Assembly (NCBI GenBank): GCA_965214705.1
Contig: CBDCCI010000002.1
Span: 1,312,001 to 1,376,000, forward strand
DNA from: Alphaproteobacteria bacterium
GTDB taxonomy: Bacteria; Pseudomonadota; Alphaproteobacteria; UBA828
DNA: 64,000 bases
Reading direction: 5' to 3'
The notes under the pieces were generated by a model that did not search any database, had not been told where the DNA came from, and worked only from the letters and a program-made list of their open reading frames with translations. Position numbers and translations under genes: made by a program. Position 1 is the stretch's first letter. The number at the start of each line of letters is the position of its first letter. Shown piece after piece: positions 49,350 to 59,860 of the stretch.

Positions 49350-50963
49350 ATGGGCAAGGGAGACGGCGGCGGGGGAGCGGCCGCCGGGGATGGCGGTCCT
49401 GCACTTGAGGTCGAGCTGACGCTCGGCGGCGATCCCGCCGCCCTCGATCGCGGTTGGCGCGCGGCGGTTCCCGCGGATGGCGGCGGAACCGCCCAGCGGC
49501 TGCGGAGCACCTATTTCGACACCGGCGATTTCCGCCTGCGTCGGCGAGGCTTCACGCTGCGCATCCGTGAGGATGGGGACCGGCTGGTCCAGACCCTGAA
49601 GTCCGACGGGCCGTCGTCAGCCGCTGCCGTGCTCAAGCGCAACGAGTGGACTCGCATGGTCGAGAAGCCAGTGCCGAGCCTCCCCGTCGCGCCTGATCCA
49701 GCGGTGCGCGATGCGGTGGGGCCGCTCAAATCCGCCGAACTGGCGCCGACGTTCTCCACCGACGTGATGCGCCGCACCGCCATGGTCGAGGTTGCCGCGC
49801 CGGATGACGGCATCGCCCTCGTCGAGCTCGCGCTCGACAGCGGAGAGATCAAGGCGCGTGACCGGCGCGACACCGTCTCCGAGCTGGAGCTGGAACTGAT
49901 CGAGGGGCCGGCAAGCGCACTCTACGAGCTCGCCATAACGCTGCAGGCCTCTGCGCCGCTCCGCATACAGACGGCGAGCAAGGCCAAGCGCGGCTACGTC
50001 CTTGCCGGCGGGGAGGGCTACGCCGGCTACAAGGCGCCGGCGCTCGCGCTTGCGCGGGGCATCTCCGTCAACGAGGCCCTGGGCAAGATATTTCGCGTGT
50101 GTGCCAATCAGTGTGCGGCGAATCACGATGCGGTGTTGGACCGCAGCGATCCGGAAGGCGTGCACCAGTTTCGTGTCGCGTTGCGCCGGATGCGCTCGGC
50201 TCTCGTGGTCTTCAAGACGGTTCTTTTGCCGGGACACACTGCCTGGCTGAACAGGGAAGCCAGCCGTCTCATTAACGTGCTCGGACCGGCACGTGATTGG
50301 GACGTATTCATCACCGAGACGCTCGCGACCGTCCGGGCTGCCCGGCCGGATGACGAGTCACTGGAGCGCCTCGCCGAAGCGTCCGAGAGGGAGCGCGCCC
50401 GCGCCTACGAGCAGGCAGAGGCGCTGCGCGCGCCCGATTACACGGAATTCCTGCTTCGCTTCGGCCGGTGGATAGAGACGGCGGGCTGGCGTGAAGCTGC
50501 GAACCACGCCGCGCTCGATCAGCCGCTCGCACGCCTTGGAGGGCGCCTGCTCGACAAGCGCCATAAGCGCGTGTTGAAGCGCGGGCGCGACTTCGAGCAA
50601 CTGTCGGACACCGACCTGCACCGGCTCAGGATCTCGCTCAAGAAGCTGCGCTACGCGGGTGAGTTCTTCGCGGCCCAGTTCCCAGACGGCAAGCCGCGTT
50701 CCTACATCAGGACGTTGCGTCGGCTGCAGGACGACCTCGGCCAGCTCAACGACGCGGCGGTTGCGGAACGCTGTCTGAAAGAGCTCCTCGATGCCCAGCG
50801 CGAAAGCGACCATGTCGCCGCGCTCGGACTGGGTGCCGGGCAGGTGATCGGTTGGCACACTCGTGCCCGTGAGGAGACCCGGAGTCAAATGACCGAAGAT
50901 TGGCACGCTTTTGCTGCCACCGAGCCCTATTGGCGCACCACCGCAGGCGGACTACACGACTGA
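49350..50963 (+). CDS. CYTH + CHAD domain protein (polyphosphate/triphosphate-related)
   Basis: CYTH motifs LEVEL, STYFDT, VQTLK, ELELEL and SKAKRG. CHAD motifs VHQFRVALRR, RDWDV, LHRLRISLKKLRY and LQDDLGQLND. Confidence 0.92.
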   Translation: MGKGDGGGGAAAGDGGPALEVELTLGGDPAALDRGWRAAVPADGGGTAQRLRSTYFDTGDFRLRRRGFTLRIREDGDRLVQTLKSDGPSSAAAVLKRNEWTRMVEKPVPSLPVAPDPAVRDAVGPLKSAELAPTFSTDVMRRTAMVEVAAPDDGIALVELALDSGEIKARDRRDTVSELELELIEGPASALYELAITLQASAPLRIQTASKAKRGYVLAGGEGYAGYKAPALALARGISVNEALGKIFRVCANQCAANHDAVLDRSDPEGVHQFRVALRRMRSALVVFKTVLLPGHTAWLNREASRLINVLGPARDWDVFITETLATVRAARPDDESLERLAEASERERARAYEQAEALRAPDYTEFLLRFGRWIETAGWREAANHAALDQPLARLGGRLLDKRHKRVLKRGRDFEQLSDTDLHRLRISLKKLRYAGEFFAAQFPDGKPRSYIRTLRRLQDDLGQLNDAAVAERCLKELLDAQRESDHVAALGLGAGQVIGWHTRAREETRSQMTEDWHAFAATEPYWRTTAGGLHD

Positions 50964-51100
50964 TCCTGTCGGAATCCGAAGCATCCGCGTCGCATCGAAG
51001 CCGATAGTCGCCAACTCCCCCATGATATGAGGAGGAGGGGAGGTGGTGCGGCCCGTCAGGGTACGTGCGCTGACTCTCGCGAAACCGAGAGAGTTCCGCC

Positions 51101-53587
51101 ATGCCCGAGATCATGAGGGACGACGGCGGCGTGGGCGCCGGCAAGCCGCTCCCAAGCCACGCCAGGGTCGTCGTCATCGGTGGCGGCGTGGTGGGTTGTT
51201 CGATCCTCTTCCATCTCGCCAAATTCGGCTGGAAGGACGTGATCCTGCTGGAGCGGGAAGAGCTCACCGCTGGATCGTCCTGGCACGCGGCCGGAATGAT
51301 CCATACGCTTTCGTCGGATCCCAACATCTCCCGCCTGCAGGGCTACACGATCAATCTCTACAAGGAGATCGAGGAGACCTCGGGCCAGTCCGTCGGCATG
51401 CACAACACCGGCGGCTTCTACCTTGCCTCCACCAGGGACTGGTACGACTACCTGAAGCGCGAGCGCTCCAAGGCGCGCTACATGGGGCTCGACCAGGAAT
51501 TCATCTCGCCGAAGGAGGTCGCGGAGCGCCATCCCCTGATCGATCCGAAGCACTACTACGCGGCGCTCTGGGACGAGCTCGACGGCGACGTCGACCCCTC
51601 CGGAGCGACCTACGCCTTCGCCAAGTCCGCGCGCGTCCACGGTGCCCAGTATTTCACCCGGACTCCGGTGGTGGAGACCAACCAATTTCCGGACGGCTCG
51701 TGGGACGTGGTCACACCGCGCGGCACGGTAAACGCCGAGCACATCGTGAACTGCGGCGGGCTCTGGGCGCGTGAAGTCGGACAGTTAGCGGGCGTCGCGC
51801 TCCCGGTCCAGCCGATGGAGCACCACTACCTCATTACCGACACGATCCGCGTGATCGCGGAGAGGATGGGGGAAGGCGGCGCCGGCCACTTGCCGGGGGG
51901 TATCGACTACGAGGCCAACATCTATTTCCGGCAGGAGCGGCATAGCGTCTTGCTGGGCACATACGAGCCCAAGTCCACGCCGTGGAACGTCTCCGGCACG
52001 CCGCTCGACTTCGGCCAGGAGCTGCTGCCGCACGACCTCGACCGCATCGCCGACCGGCTGGAGATGTCGTTCGAGCGCATCCCGGCGCTCGGTGAGGCGG
52101 GGATCAAGGACGTCATCTGCGGCCCCTTCACCTTTGGTCCCGACGGCAACCCGATGATCGGTCCGGTGCCGGGGGTGCGGAACTACTGGGTAGCCGTCGG
52201 CGTCATGGCCGGCTTCTGCCAGGGAGGCGGAGTTGGCCGCAGCATGGCCGAGTGGATGATCGACGGCGAGCCTTCGATCGATGTGTGGGCGATGGATATC
52301 GCCCGCTTCGGCGAGTTCGCGACGCCCGAGTGGGGCACGGTCAAGTCGGCGGAGAATTACGAGCGCCGCTTCGTGATGACCTTTCCCAACGAGACCTTGC
52401 CGAAGGGCCGGCGTCAGAAGACCACCGCGCTCTACGACCGGCTAGTCGCCAAGGGCGCGGTGATGGATCAGGGTTTCGGGCTGGAGCACGCGCTCTGGTT
52501 CGCCGATGGGCCGGAGGATGCCCACGAAGACCCATCCTTCCGTCGCTCCCGCGCCCACGAGTACGTCGCGCTCGAAGTGAAGGCGGTGCGCGAGGCCGTG
52601 GGCTGCATCGAGATCGCCAACTATTCCAAGCACGGCTTCGAAGGCCCCGGTGCCCGCGGCTTCCTGGATCGTGTGCTGGCCGGCCGCGTGCCGAAGCCCG
52701 GCCGCATCGCGCTGACGCCAATGCTGACCGAGCAGGGCAAGCTCTACGGCGATCTGACGGTCGCGTGCCTGGCGGAAGATCGCTTCCTGTTGGTCGGCTC
52801 AGGGGTCATGCAGGAGGCGCATCGGCGTTGGTTCGAGCAACGCCTCGGCACCGGCGTCGAGTACCAGAACCTCTCGGACGCGTTGCACGGCATCGCGCTC
52901 TCGGGCCCCAACTCCCGCGATTTGCTCGCCCGCATCACCCGCGACGACGTGTCGGCGGAGGCGTTCCGCTTCCGCGATATTCGCGAGACCTTCGTTGGCA
53001 GGGTGCCGGCCATCGTCTCGCGGCTCAGCTTCTCCGGTGAGCTCGGCTACGAGATCTATGCCGCGCCGCAGTACCAGATCGCGTTGGCGGAGGCGATCGA
53101 GGAGGCCGGCGCCGATCTTGGGCTGCGCTGGTACGGGGCGCGGGCACTGATGTCGCTCCGGCTGGAGAAGGCCTGGGGCGTCTGGACACTCGACTACCGC
53201 CCCGACTTCACTGCGGCCGAGAGCGGGCTCGACGCCTTCATCCAGTGGGACAAGGAGTTTGTCGGCAAGGCGGCGGCGGAAGCCGAGCGACAGGCAGGGC
53301 CTTCAAGGCGCCTGGTGCCGCTGGTTATCGACTCCCCGTCAATCGACGGTGAACCCATCGACGTTTCCAACGACGAGGCAGTTCTGCGAGACGGCGCGGC
53401 GGTCGGATACGTGAGTTCCGGCGGCTACGCGCACCATATCGGGCAGTCCATGGCGATGGGTTATGTGCCGACGGAGATGGCGGTGACCGACGAACGCTTC
53501 GACGTCGAAATCCTGGGCGAGATGTTCCCCGCCCGCGTTCACACCACACCGCTCTACGACCCCAACGGCGGGAGAATGCGAAGCTGA
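51101..53587 (+). CDS. GcvT-family FAD-dependent oxidoreductase (dimethylglycine dehydrogenase-like)
   Basis: IGGGVVG, GSSWHAAG, PMEHHY and GPDGNP motifs. C-terminal GcvT domain SFSGELGYE...LRLEK...PLYDP. Confidence 0.9.
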   Translation: MPEIMRDDGGVGAGKPLPSHARVVVIGGGVVGCSILFHLAKFGWKDVILLEREELTAGSSWHAAGMIHTLSSDPNISRLQGYTINLYKEIEETSGQSVGMHNTGGFYLASTRDWYDYLKRERSKARYMGLDQEFISPKEVAERHPLIDPKHYYAALWDELDGDVDPSGATYAFAKSARVHGAQYFTRTPVVETNQFPDGSWDVVTPRGTVNAEHIVNCGGLWAREVGQLAGVALPVQPMEHHYLITDTIRVIAERMGEGGAGHLPGGIDYEANIYFRQERHSVLLGTYEPKSTPWNVSGTPLDFGQELLPHDLDRIADRLEMSFERIPALGEAGIKDVICGPFTFGPDGNPMIGPVPGVRNYWVAVGVMAGFCQGGGVGRSMAEWMIDGEPSIDVWAMDIARFGEFATPEWGTVKSAENYERRFVMTFPNETLPKGRRQKTTALYDRLVAKGAVMDQGFGLEHALWFADGPEDAHEDPSFRRSRAHEYVALEVKAVREAVGCIEIANYSKHGFEGPGARGFLDRVLAGRVPKPGRIALTPMLTEQGKLYGDLTVACLAEDRFLLVGSGVMQEAHRRWFEQRLGTGVEYQNLSDALHGIALSGPNSRDLLARITRDDVSAEAFRFRDIRETFVGRVPAIVSRLSFSGELGYEIYAAPQYQIALAEAIEEAGADLGLRWYGARALMSLRLEKAWGVWTLDYRPDFTAAESGLDAFIQWDKEFVGKAAAEAERQAGPSRRLVPLVIDSPSIDGEPIDVSNDEAVLRDGAAVGYVSSGGYAHHIGQSMAMGYVPTEMAVTDERFDVEILGEMFPARVHTTPLYDPNGGRMRS

Positions 53588-53797
53588 TATGCATTCTTGG
53601 ATATCAGCAATCGCCAACTACCGGGAGCCGGCACGGCGACACGCTCTCCCCCAAATGGGGCAAGGGGCGACAGGGCATCAGCAATGGGCTAGGTTTGGTC
53701 GGCCAGTTCGTTTGGGGCGGGGAGAATGGGGCCGCGTATCTCTTTCCAAGAGCGGTGCAGCGGTGCCGGCACAGAGCAACACTCGGAGGAAAAGCGG

Positions 53798-55525
53798 ATG
53801 AAAGACAGAAAAGTGCTAAGCCGTGATCCACGGCGCTATACGCTGCCGTCGGAGCGCGCATTGGGCGCCAAGACGCATTCCTATATGCCCGAGCTTTGCG
53901 ACCAGCTTCGAACGGGCAAGATCAACCGGCGCGACTTCCTGCGCCAGGCGGCCCTGCTCGGCATGGCGACCGGCACCGTCTACGCCATGGCCGACCAGCT
54001 CACCGGCCGCGGTGACGTGATCGGCTCTGCGATGGCCGACGAAATGCCAAAGGCGGGCGGCACGCTCAGGGTCTCCATGCGTGTGCAGGAGATGACCGAT
54101 CCGGCGACCTTCCCCTGGACAGAGAGGTCGAACGTCTCGCGCTTCATGGTCGAGTATTTGACTCGTACCGGGTCGGACAACGTCACGGTCCCCTATCTCG
54201 CCAAGAGTTGGGAGGCCTCCGACGACCTGGCGACCTGGGTGTTCCACCTGAACCAGGGCATCACCTGGTCGAACGGCGACGCCTTCACCTCCGCCGACGT
54301 TGCTCATACGGTCAACCGCTGGCTCGACCCGGCGGTCGGCTCTTCGAACCTCGGGCTCTTCGGCGCCATGGTCGAGGAGGGCGAGGACGGCCAACCGCGC
54401 GGCATCCCTGGCGCGGTCGAGGTGATCGACGACCACACGATCCAGTTCAACCTGAAGCAGCCCGCTCTGGCCATGCCGGAGAACTTCTACAACTACCCGA
54501 CCGCCATTGTGCATCGGGGCTTCGGTGTGGACTACGAGGCCGATCTCTCGGCCAACCCGATCGGCACCGGACCGTTCGAGCTTGCCGAGTACGCGCTGGG
54601 CGAGGTCGCCATCCTCAAGCGGGCACGGGACTGGTGGGCCGGGGACTTCTACCTCGACGAAATCCACTATTTCGACCACGGCGAGGACACCAACGCCTGG
54701 ATCGCGGCGCTCGCATCGCAGCAGGTGGACATGGTCTTCCGCCTGCCGAACAACCTTATCGATGCGGCGCAGGCTCTGCCGTTCGTGGACATTCACCCGG
54801 TCACGACCGCGCAGACCGCGGTCATGAGGTTCCGGATCACGGAGGCGCCCTTCGACAATCTCAAGCTTCGCCAGGCGGTCGCGGCGTGCATGGATCACCA
54901 GGAGATCCTGGACAAGGCGTTCCAGGGTCGTGGTCAGATCGCCGAGAACCACCACGTCTGCCCGATCCATCCAGAGTATGCGGCGCTGCCGCCGCTAACA
55001 CGGGACGTCGAGAAGGCGAAGGCGCTTTTGGCCGAGGCCGGCTATGCCGACGGGATCACGCTCGAGATCGCCAACGGCGACACTGAGGGCCCGTGGATGA
55101 CCGACGCCTGCGCGATCTTCAAGAACCAGGCGGCGCCGGCGGGCATCAACATTGAGATCAACAAGATGCCGGCCAACCAGTACTGGGAGGTCTGGGACAA
55201 GGCGCCATGGGGCTACACCGCGTGGACGCATCGCCCACTTGGCACCATGGTGCTCGGCCTTGCCTACCGGAAAGGCGTGCCGTGGAACGAAGTCGCCTAC
55301 GACAACCCGGCCTTCGATGCGGCGCTCGACGATGCCGAGGGTACTCTCGACGTCAACGAGCGCAGGAAGAAGATGGAGGTTTGCCAGAAGCTCCTGCAGG
55401 ACGACGCGATCATCCCGCAGCCGTTCTGGCGCTCGGTCTACAAGGCGGCGAACAAGCGGGTGAAGGGCCACCAGACCCACCCGACGCTTTACCACCAGTT
55501 CCACAACGTGTGGCTGGACGGTTGA
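53798..55525 (+). CDS. Peptide/nickel (family 5) ABC substrate-binding protein
   Basis: Tat-like INRRDFLR, PYLAKSWE...WVFHL..GITWSNG..FTSADV, PIGTGPF and AKALLAEAG motifs. Confidence 0.92.
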   Translation: MKDRKVLSRDPRRYTLPSERALGAKTHSYMPELCDQLRTGKINRRDFLRQAALLGMATGTVYAMADQLTGRGDVIGSAMADEMPKAGGTLRVSMRVQEMTDPATFPWTERSNVSRFMVEYLTRTGSDNVTVPYLAKSWEASDDLATWVFHLNQGITWSNGDAFTSADVAHTVNRWLDPAVGSSNLGLFGAMVEEGEDGQPRGIPGAVEVIDDHTIQFNLKQPALAMPENFYNYPTAIVHRGFGVDYEADLSANPIGTGPFELAEYALGEVAILKRARDWWAGDFYLDEIHYFDHGEDTNAWIAALASQQVDMVFRLPNNLIDAAQALPFVDIHPVTTAQTAVMRFRITEAPFDNLKLRQAVAACMDHQEILDKAFQGRGQIAENHHVCPIHPEYAALPPLTRDVEKAKALLAEAGYADGITLEIANGDTEGPWMTDACAIFKNQAAPAGINIEINKMPANQYWEVWDKAPWGYTAWTHRPLGTMVLGLAYRKGVPWNEVAYDNPAFDAALDDAEGTLDVNERRKKMEVCQKLLQDDAIIPQPFWRSVYKAANKRVKGHQTHPTLYHQFHNVWLDG

Positions 55526-55532
55526 GCAGAAA

Positions 55533-55569
55533 GCGGCGCGGGAGGTGCAAGTCTCCCGCGCCGCGTTTT
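55533..55569 (+). terminator. Rho-independent terminator-like hairpin after the SBP gene
   Basis: 12-bp stem GCGGCGCGGGAG / CTCCCGCGCCGC followed by GTTTT. Confidence 0.65.
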
Positions 55570-55608
55570 CCGCTTAGGCGGGTGCCCTCGGTGCGGGGCG
55601 TTTACTAG

Positions 55609-55871
55609 CCTGGATTTCTCACCAATGTCACAGCCTGCGTCGCGCCCAGACGTTCGATCCGCCAGGAGCGGGCCGAAAAGCGTATCAGGGAATACGGTTG
55701 AGGTTCGCGACGCCGCGGGCGAGCGCCGGGGCGCGACCCGAAGGGCGGTGCTTTCAGGCCGACAGAGTGCGTCAAGCCGTTTGCCCGATGCCCCACATCG
55801 CGCTGCACGGCTTTCCTGCTCTGTCGGCCTGAAAGCACCGCGCAGACCATGACATTGGTGAGAAAGCCGGG
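55609..55871. mobile_element. 263-bp MITE with CTAG target duplication (IS1380-like ends, tentative)
   Basis: TIR CCTGGATTTCTCACCAATGTCA (55609-55630) matches revcomp CCCGGCTTTCTCACCAATGTCA (55850-55871) at 20/22. CTAG on both flanks (55605-55608, 55872-55875). Perfect internal 23-bp inverted repeat at 55745-55767 / 55819-55841. Confidence 0.82.
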
Positions 55872-55890
55872 CTAGACACCGGCGTTCGGC

Positions 55891-56823
55891 ATGGTCCAGC
55901 TGATCATCCGTCGCATCGGCATGATGATCCTCATCATGCTGGTCGTTGCGCTGCTGCTCTTCCTCATCAACGAGGGCGACCCGAGACTGATCGCCCGCAG
56001 TATTCTCGGTCCCTACGCGCAAGACCAGCAGCTCGACGCCTGGGTCATCGAGAACGGCTACGACCGTTCCGTCATCGTCCGTTATTTCGAATGGATCGGC
56101 CGAATATTCTCCGGCGATCTCGGAGACTCGGTCATCTACAAGAGGCCGGTCAGCGAGATCTTCTGGGACCGCCTGGGCAACACCGGCATCTTGGCGGGCG
56201 TCACCTTCGTCATCATGGTGCTGATCGCACTCACCCTCGGCGTGCTGGCGGGGATGAAGGAAGGCTCCCTGCAGGACCGGGCGATCTCGGTCTTCTCGAT
56301 CATCACCACCTCGATTCCCGAATACGCGAGCGCCGTCTTCCTGGTCGGTATCTTCGTCTTCTGGCTCGGCTGGTTGCCCGGCACCTCGTCGATGACGTCC
56401 GGGTTCGATCCGGTCCAGATGATCCTGCCTGTACTTGTACTGACGCTATATGGCTTCGGCTACATCGCGCGGATGACGCGCGCGTCGATGGCCGAGGTGA
56501 TGACCACGCCTTACATACGAACGGCGGTGCTCAAGGGCCTGCCCTACCGGCACATCATCCTCAAGCACGCCTTGAGAAACGCGCTGATCGCGCCCTTCAC
56601 CGTGATCATGCTGCAGATCAACTGGCTGCTGTCCGGCGTGGTCGTGACCGAGTTTGCCTTCGGCTACAAGGGGTTCGGCGCGCTGCTTCTGGAGGCGGCG
56701 CTCCGGCGCGACATCTTCGTCATCGAGGCCTGCGGCGTCGCGGCGGTCTTCGTCGCGGTCTTCACCCAGACCGTAGGCGATCTTGGCTACACCTATCTGA
56801 ATCCGAGGATCAGGTTTAAGTGA
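55891..56823 (+). CDS. Peptide ABC permease (DppB-type)
   Basis: GDLGDS, RMTRASM...YIRTAVLKGL and KHALRNAL motifs. Confidence 0.92.
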   Translation: MVQLIIRRIGMMILIMLVVALLLFLINEGDPRLIARSILGPYAQDQQLDAWVIENGYDRSVIVRYFEWIGRIFSGDLGDSVIYKRPVSEIFWDRLGNTGILAGVTFVIMVLIALTLGVLAGMKEGSLQDRAISVFSIITTSIPEYASAVFLVGIFVFWLGWLPGTSSMTSGFDPVQMILPVLVLTLYGFGYIARMTRASMAEVMTTPYIRTAVLKGLPYRHIILKHALRNALIAPFTVIMLQINWLLSGVVVTEFAFGYKGFGALLLEAALRRDIFVIEACGVAAVFVAVFTQTVGDLGYTYLNPRIRFK

Positions 56824-57725
56824 GCGACGTGCCTCGCACGAACGACGTCAGCACGCCGCTCGCCAGGCGCGGCGCGAGCTTCGCGGCGTCGCTCAGGCCT
56901 GTCTTTCTGCTAAGGGAGAGCCCGGTCGGCATGATCGGGGGCGGAATCGTCCTCGGTTTTGTGATTCTGGCGATATTCGCGGAATTCATCGCGCCCTTCG
57001 ATCCCAATGCGACGATGGTGCCTTTCGCCTACCCCGGTGCGGAGGCGCCGGAAGGGGGCATCTTCCTACTCGGCACCGACCATCTTGGGCGCGACATCCT
57101 GTCGAGGATCATCTTCGGCGGTCAGCGGGTGCTCTTCTACGCCACGGCGGCTACGGTCGCGGCCTACGTCGTGGGCATCCTCATGGGCCTCGCCGCGGGG
57201 TACTTCCGGGGCTATCTCGACGAAATTCTTTCGTTTGTTGCCAACGTCATCCTCTCCTTCCCCATCATGGTGCTCTACGTGCTGATCATCGCGAAGGTCG
57301 GCGCGTCCGGGATCAACATCATCTTCGCCGTCGTCTTTGCGTCCTCGCCCGGCATCATGCGTATCGTGCGCGGCGTGACCATGGACATCGCGACGCGTGA
57401 TTACATCGCTGCAGCCCAGACCCGGGGCGAAGGCCCCTGGTACATCATGCTGATGGAGATCCTGCCCAACGCGCGCGGGCCGCTGATCGTCGATTTCTGT
57501 CTGCGCATGGGCTACACCACGATCACCATCGGCGCGCTCGGATTCCTCGGCCTCGGCCTGCCGCCGCCGGACCCCGACTGGGGCGGCATGATTACCGAGA
57601 CCCGCGCCTTCGTCTCCGGCGGCTTCCCGCACATGGCGATCTTGCCGGCCTGCGCCGTCTCCCTGCTGGTGCTCGGTTTCAACCTGCTGGCGGACGGCCT
57701 GCGCGAAGTGTCGCTCAGGGACTAG
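56820..57725 (+). CDS. Peptide ABC permease (DppC-type)
   Basis: LGTDHLGRDILSR, ILPNA, LGFLGLG.PPP.PDWG and FNLLADGLR motifs. Confidence 0.92.
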   Translation: MSDVPRTNDVSTPLARRGASFAASLRPVFLLRESPVGMIGGGIVLGFVILAIFAEFIAPFDPNATMVPFAYPGAEAPEGGIFLLGTDHLGRDILSRIIFGGQRVLFYATAATVAAYVVGILMGLAAGYFRGYLDEILSFVANVILSFPIMVLYVLIIAKVGASGINIIFAVVFASSPGIMRIVRGVTMDIATRDYIAAAQTRGEGPWYIMLMEILPNARGPLIVDFCLRMGYTTITIGALGFLGLGLPPPDPDWGGMITETRAFVSGGFPHMAILPACAVSLLVLGFNLLADGLREVSLRD

Positions 57726-57735
57726 GAGAGGCAGA

Positions 57736-59847
57736 ATGTCGGATCACGCTTCCGAGCCGCCAGTCCTCGAGATCACCGGCCTCTGCCTCAGCTACTACAC
57801 GCGGGCCGGCGAGGTTCCCGCCGTCTACGACTTCGACCTCACCGTGGCCAGGGGCGAATCGGTCGGCCTCGTCGGCGAATCCGGCTGCGGCAAGTCGACG
57901 GTTGCCAACGGCATCATGCGCTACATGGGGCACAACGGCGACATCGTCGGCGGTACCATCAAATTCAAGGGCCGCGACATGGCCGAGATGTCCGAGGAGG
58001 AAATCCGCCGGGTGCGCGGCAAGGACATCGCCATGATCTACCAGGAGCCGATGGCCTCGCTCAATCCGAGCCTGACCATCGGCCAGCAGCTCACGGAAGT
58101 GCCGATAATCCACGAGGGCGTGAGCCGGAACGAGGCCTTCGAGCGCGCCCACGACATGCTGTCGGCGGTGCATATTCCGGACCCGAAGCGGCTGATGATC
58201 TCCTACCCGCACCAGGTCTCCGGCGGCCAGCAGCAGCGCGTGGTGATTGCCATGGCGCTGCTCTCACGGCCCGCACTGCTGTTGCTGGACGAGCCGACGA
58301 CGGCACTCGACGTGACGGTGGAGGCGGGCATCGTCGAGTTGATCGCTGAGCTCAGCCGCGAGACCGGCTCCTCGCTGCTCTACATCTCCCACAATCTCGG
58401 CCTGATGCTGGAGGTCTGCGACCGCATCTGCGTGATGTACTCGGGCGAGGTGGTGGAGGAGGGGACGATCGATTCGATATTCTCCTGGCCCAAGCACCCC
58501 TACACGCAGGGCCTCTTCGGTTGCATTCCGTTGCCGCACGCAGACAAGAACGCGCGCCCGCTGGTCTCGATCAAGGGCCAGCTTCCGCTCCCGCATGAGC
58601 GGCCCGAGGGCTGCAATTTTGGGCCGCGTTGCGGGTTCTTCGAGCAGGGGCGGTGTGACAAGGGCCTGATCCCGATGGATGAGGTGCACACCGACGACGA
58701 CCCGGCGCATCGGGTGCGATGTAGGCGCTGGGAGGGGATCGACGTCACCGAGGCGGTGCGTGTCGATGACGTCCGTGAGCCGATCAAGGTCGGCGAGACA
58801 GTCCTCGAGGTCGCCGACATGCGCAAGTATTACAAGGTGCGCGACCGCTCGTTGGCGGCGCTCGTCTCCGGCGGTGCCGTGCGCGAAGTCAAGGCGAACG
58901 AGAGCATCAGCTTCCGTGCGGGCGAGGGCGAGACGGTCGCCATCGTGGGTGAATCAGGCTGCGGCAAGTCCACCTTCGCCAAGGTGTTGATGGGGCTGGA
59001 GACTGCGACCGACGGCGAGGTGACGCTGGATGGAACCGACCTTGGCAGCATTCCGGTCAACAAGCGCACGGCAGCGCAACTCTCCTCCCTGCAGATGGTG
59101 TTCCAGAACCCGAACGACACGCTCAACCCGTCTCACTCCGTAGGCTATCAGATCGGCCGGGTGATCAAGCGCTTCGGCATCGAGCGCGATTCGGCCAAGC
59201 GGAGGGAGCTGGTGTACGAGCTGCTCGACACGGTGAAGCTGCCGCGCGCCTTCATGACACGCAAGCCGCGCCAACTCTCCGGCGGTCAGAAGCAGCGAGT
59301 GGGTATCGCCCGCGCCTTTGCCGGCAACCCGAAGACGGTGATCGCTGACGAGCCGATCTCGGCGCTCGACGTCTCGGTGGCCGCGGCGGTGACCGAGCTG
59401 CTGATGGACATTCAGCGCGAGCACCGCACCACGCTGCTCTTCATCAGTCACGACCTCTCGGCGGTGCGCTACCTTTCCGACCGCGTGGTGGTGATGTATC
59501 TCGGCCAGATCATGGAGCGCGGCTCAACGGAGCAAATTTTCGCGCCCCCCTACCATCCCTACACCGAGGTGCTGCTCTCTGCGGTGCCGATCGCCGACCC
59601 CGAGGTGGAGAGGCGCCGCATCGTGCTGGAAGGCAGCCTGCCGAGTCCGCTCGATCCGCCCAAGGGGTGTCCCTTCTCGACCCGCTGCCCGCGCAAGCTC
59701 GGCGAGATTTGCGATAATGAGGCGCCGCCGCTTCAGACCAACGCCGACCGCCACGTCATCGCCTGCCACATTCCGCTCGAAGAGCTGCGCGACGTTGAGC
59801 CGGTGATTTCCATTCCCGACCGCGACGAGCTCCACGCTGCACAGTAA
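57736..59847 (+). CDS. Fused peptide ABC ATP-binding protein (DppD-DppF)
   Basis: Two GESGCGKST Walker A motifs, two HPYT motifs and two Cys-rich C-terminal extensions. Confidence 0.93.
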   Translation: MSDHASEPPVLEITGLCLSYYTRAGEVPAVYDFDLTVARGESVGLVGESGCGKSTVANGIMRYMGHNGDIVGGTIKFKGRDMAEMSEEEIRRVRGKDIAMIYQEPMASLNPSLTIGQQLTEVPIIHEGVSRNEAFERAHDMLSAVHIPDPKRLMISYPHQVSGGQQQRVVIAMALLSRPALLLLDEPTTALDVTVEAGIVELIAELSRETGSSLLYISHNLGLMLEVCDRICVMYSGEVVEEGTIDSIFSWPKHPYTQGLFGCIPLPHADKNARPLVSIKGQLPLPHERPEGCNFGPRCGFFEQGRCDKGLIPMDEVHTDDDPAHRVRCRRWEGIDVTEAVRVDDVREPIKVGETVLEVADMRKYYKVRDRSLAALVSGGAVREVKANESISFRAGEGETVAIVGESGCGKSTFAKVLMGLETATDGEVTLDGTDLGSIPVNKRTAAQLSSLQMVFQNPNDTLNPSHSVGYQIGRVIKRFGIERDSAKRRELVYELLDTVKLPRAFMTRKPRQLSGGQKQRVGIARAFAGNPKTVIADEPISALDVSVAAAVTELLMDIQREHRTTLLFISHDLSAVRYLSDRVVVMYLGQIMERGSTEQIFAPPYHPYTEVLLSAVPIADPEVERRRIVLEGSLPSPLDPPKGCPFSTRCPRKLGEICDNEAPPLQTNADRHVIACHIPLEELRDVEPVISIPDRDELHAAQ

Positions 59848-59860
59848 TCCCACGAACAAC

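Noticed and set aside
53590-53760. Possible riboswitch or MITE upstream of the peptide SBP
   Set aside because: Only loose complementarity is present, with no recognisable aptamer consensus or target duplication.
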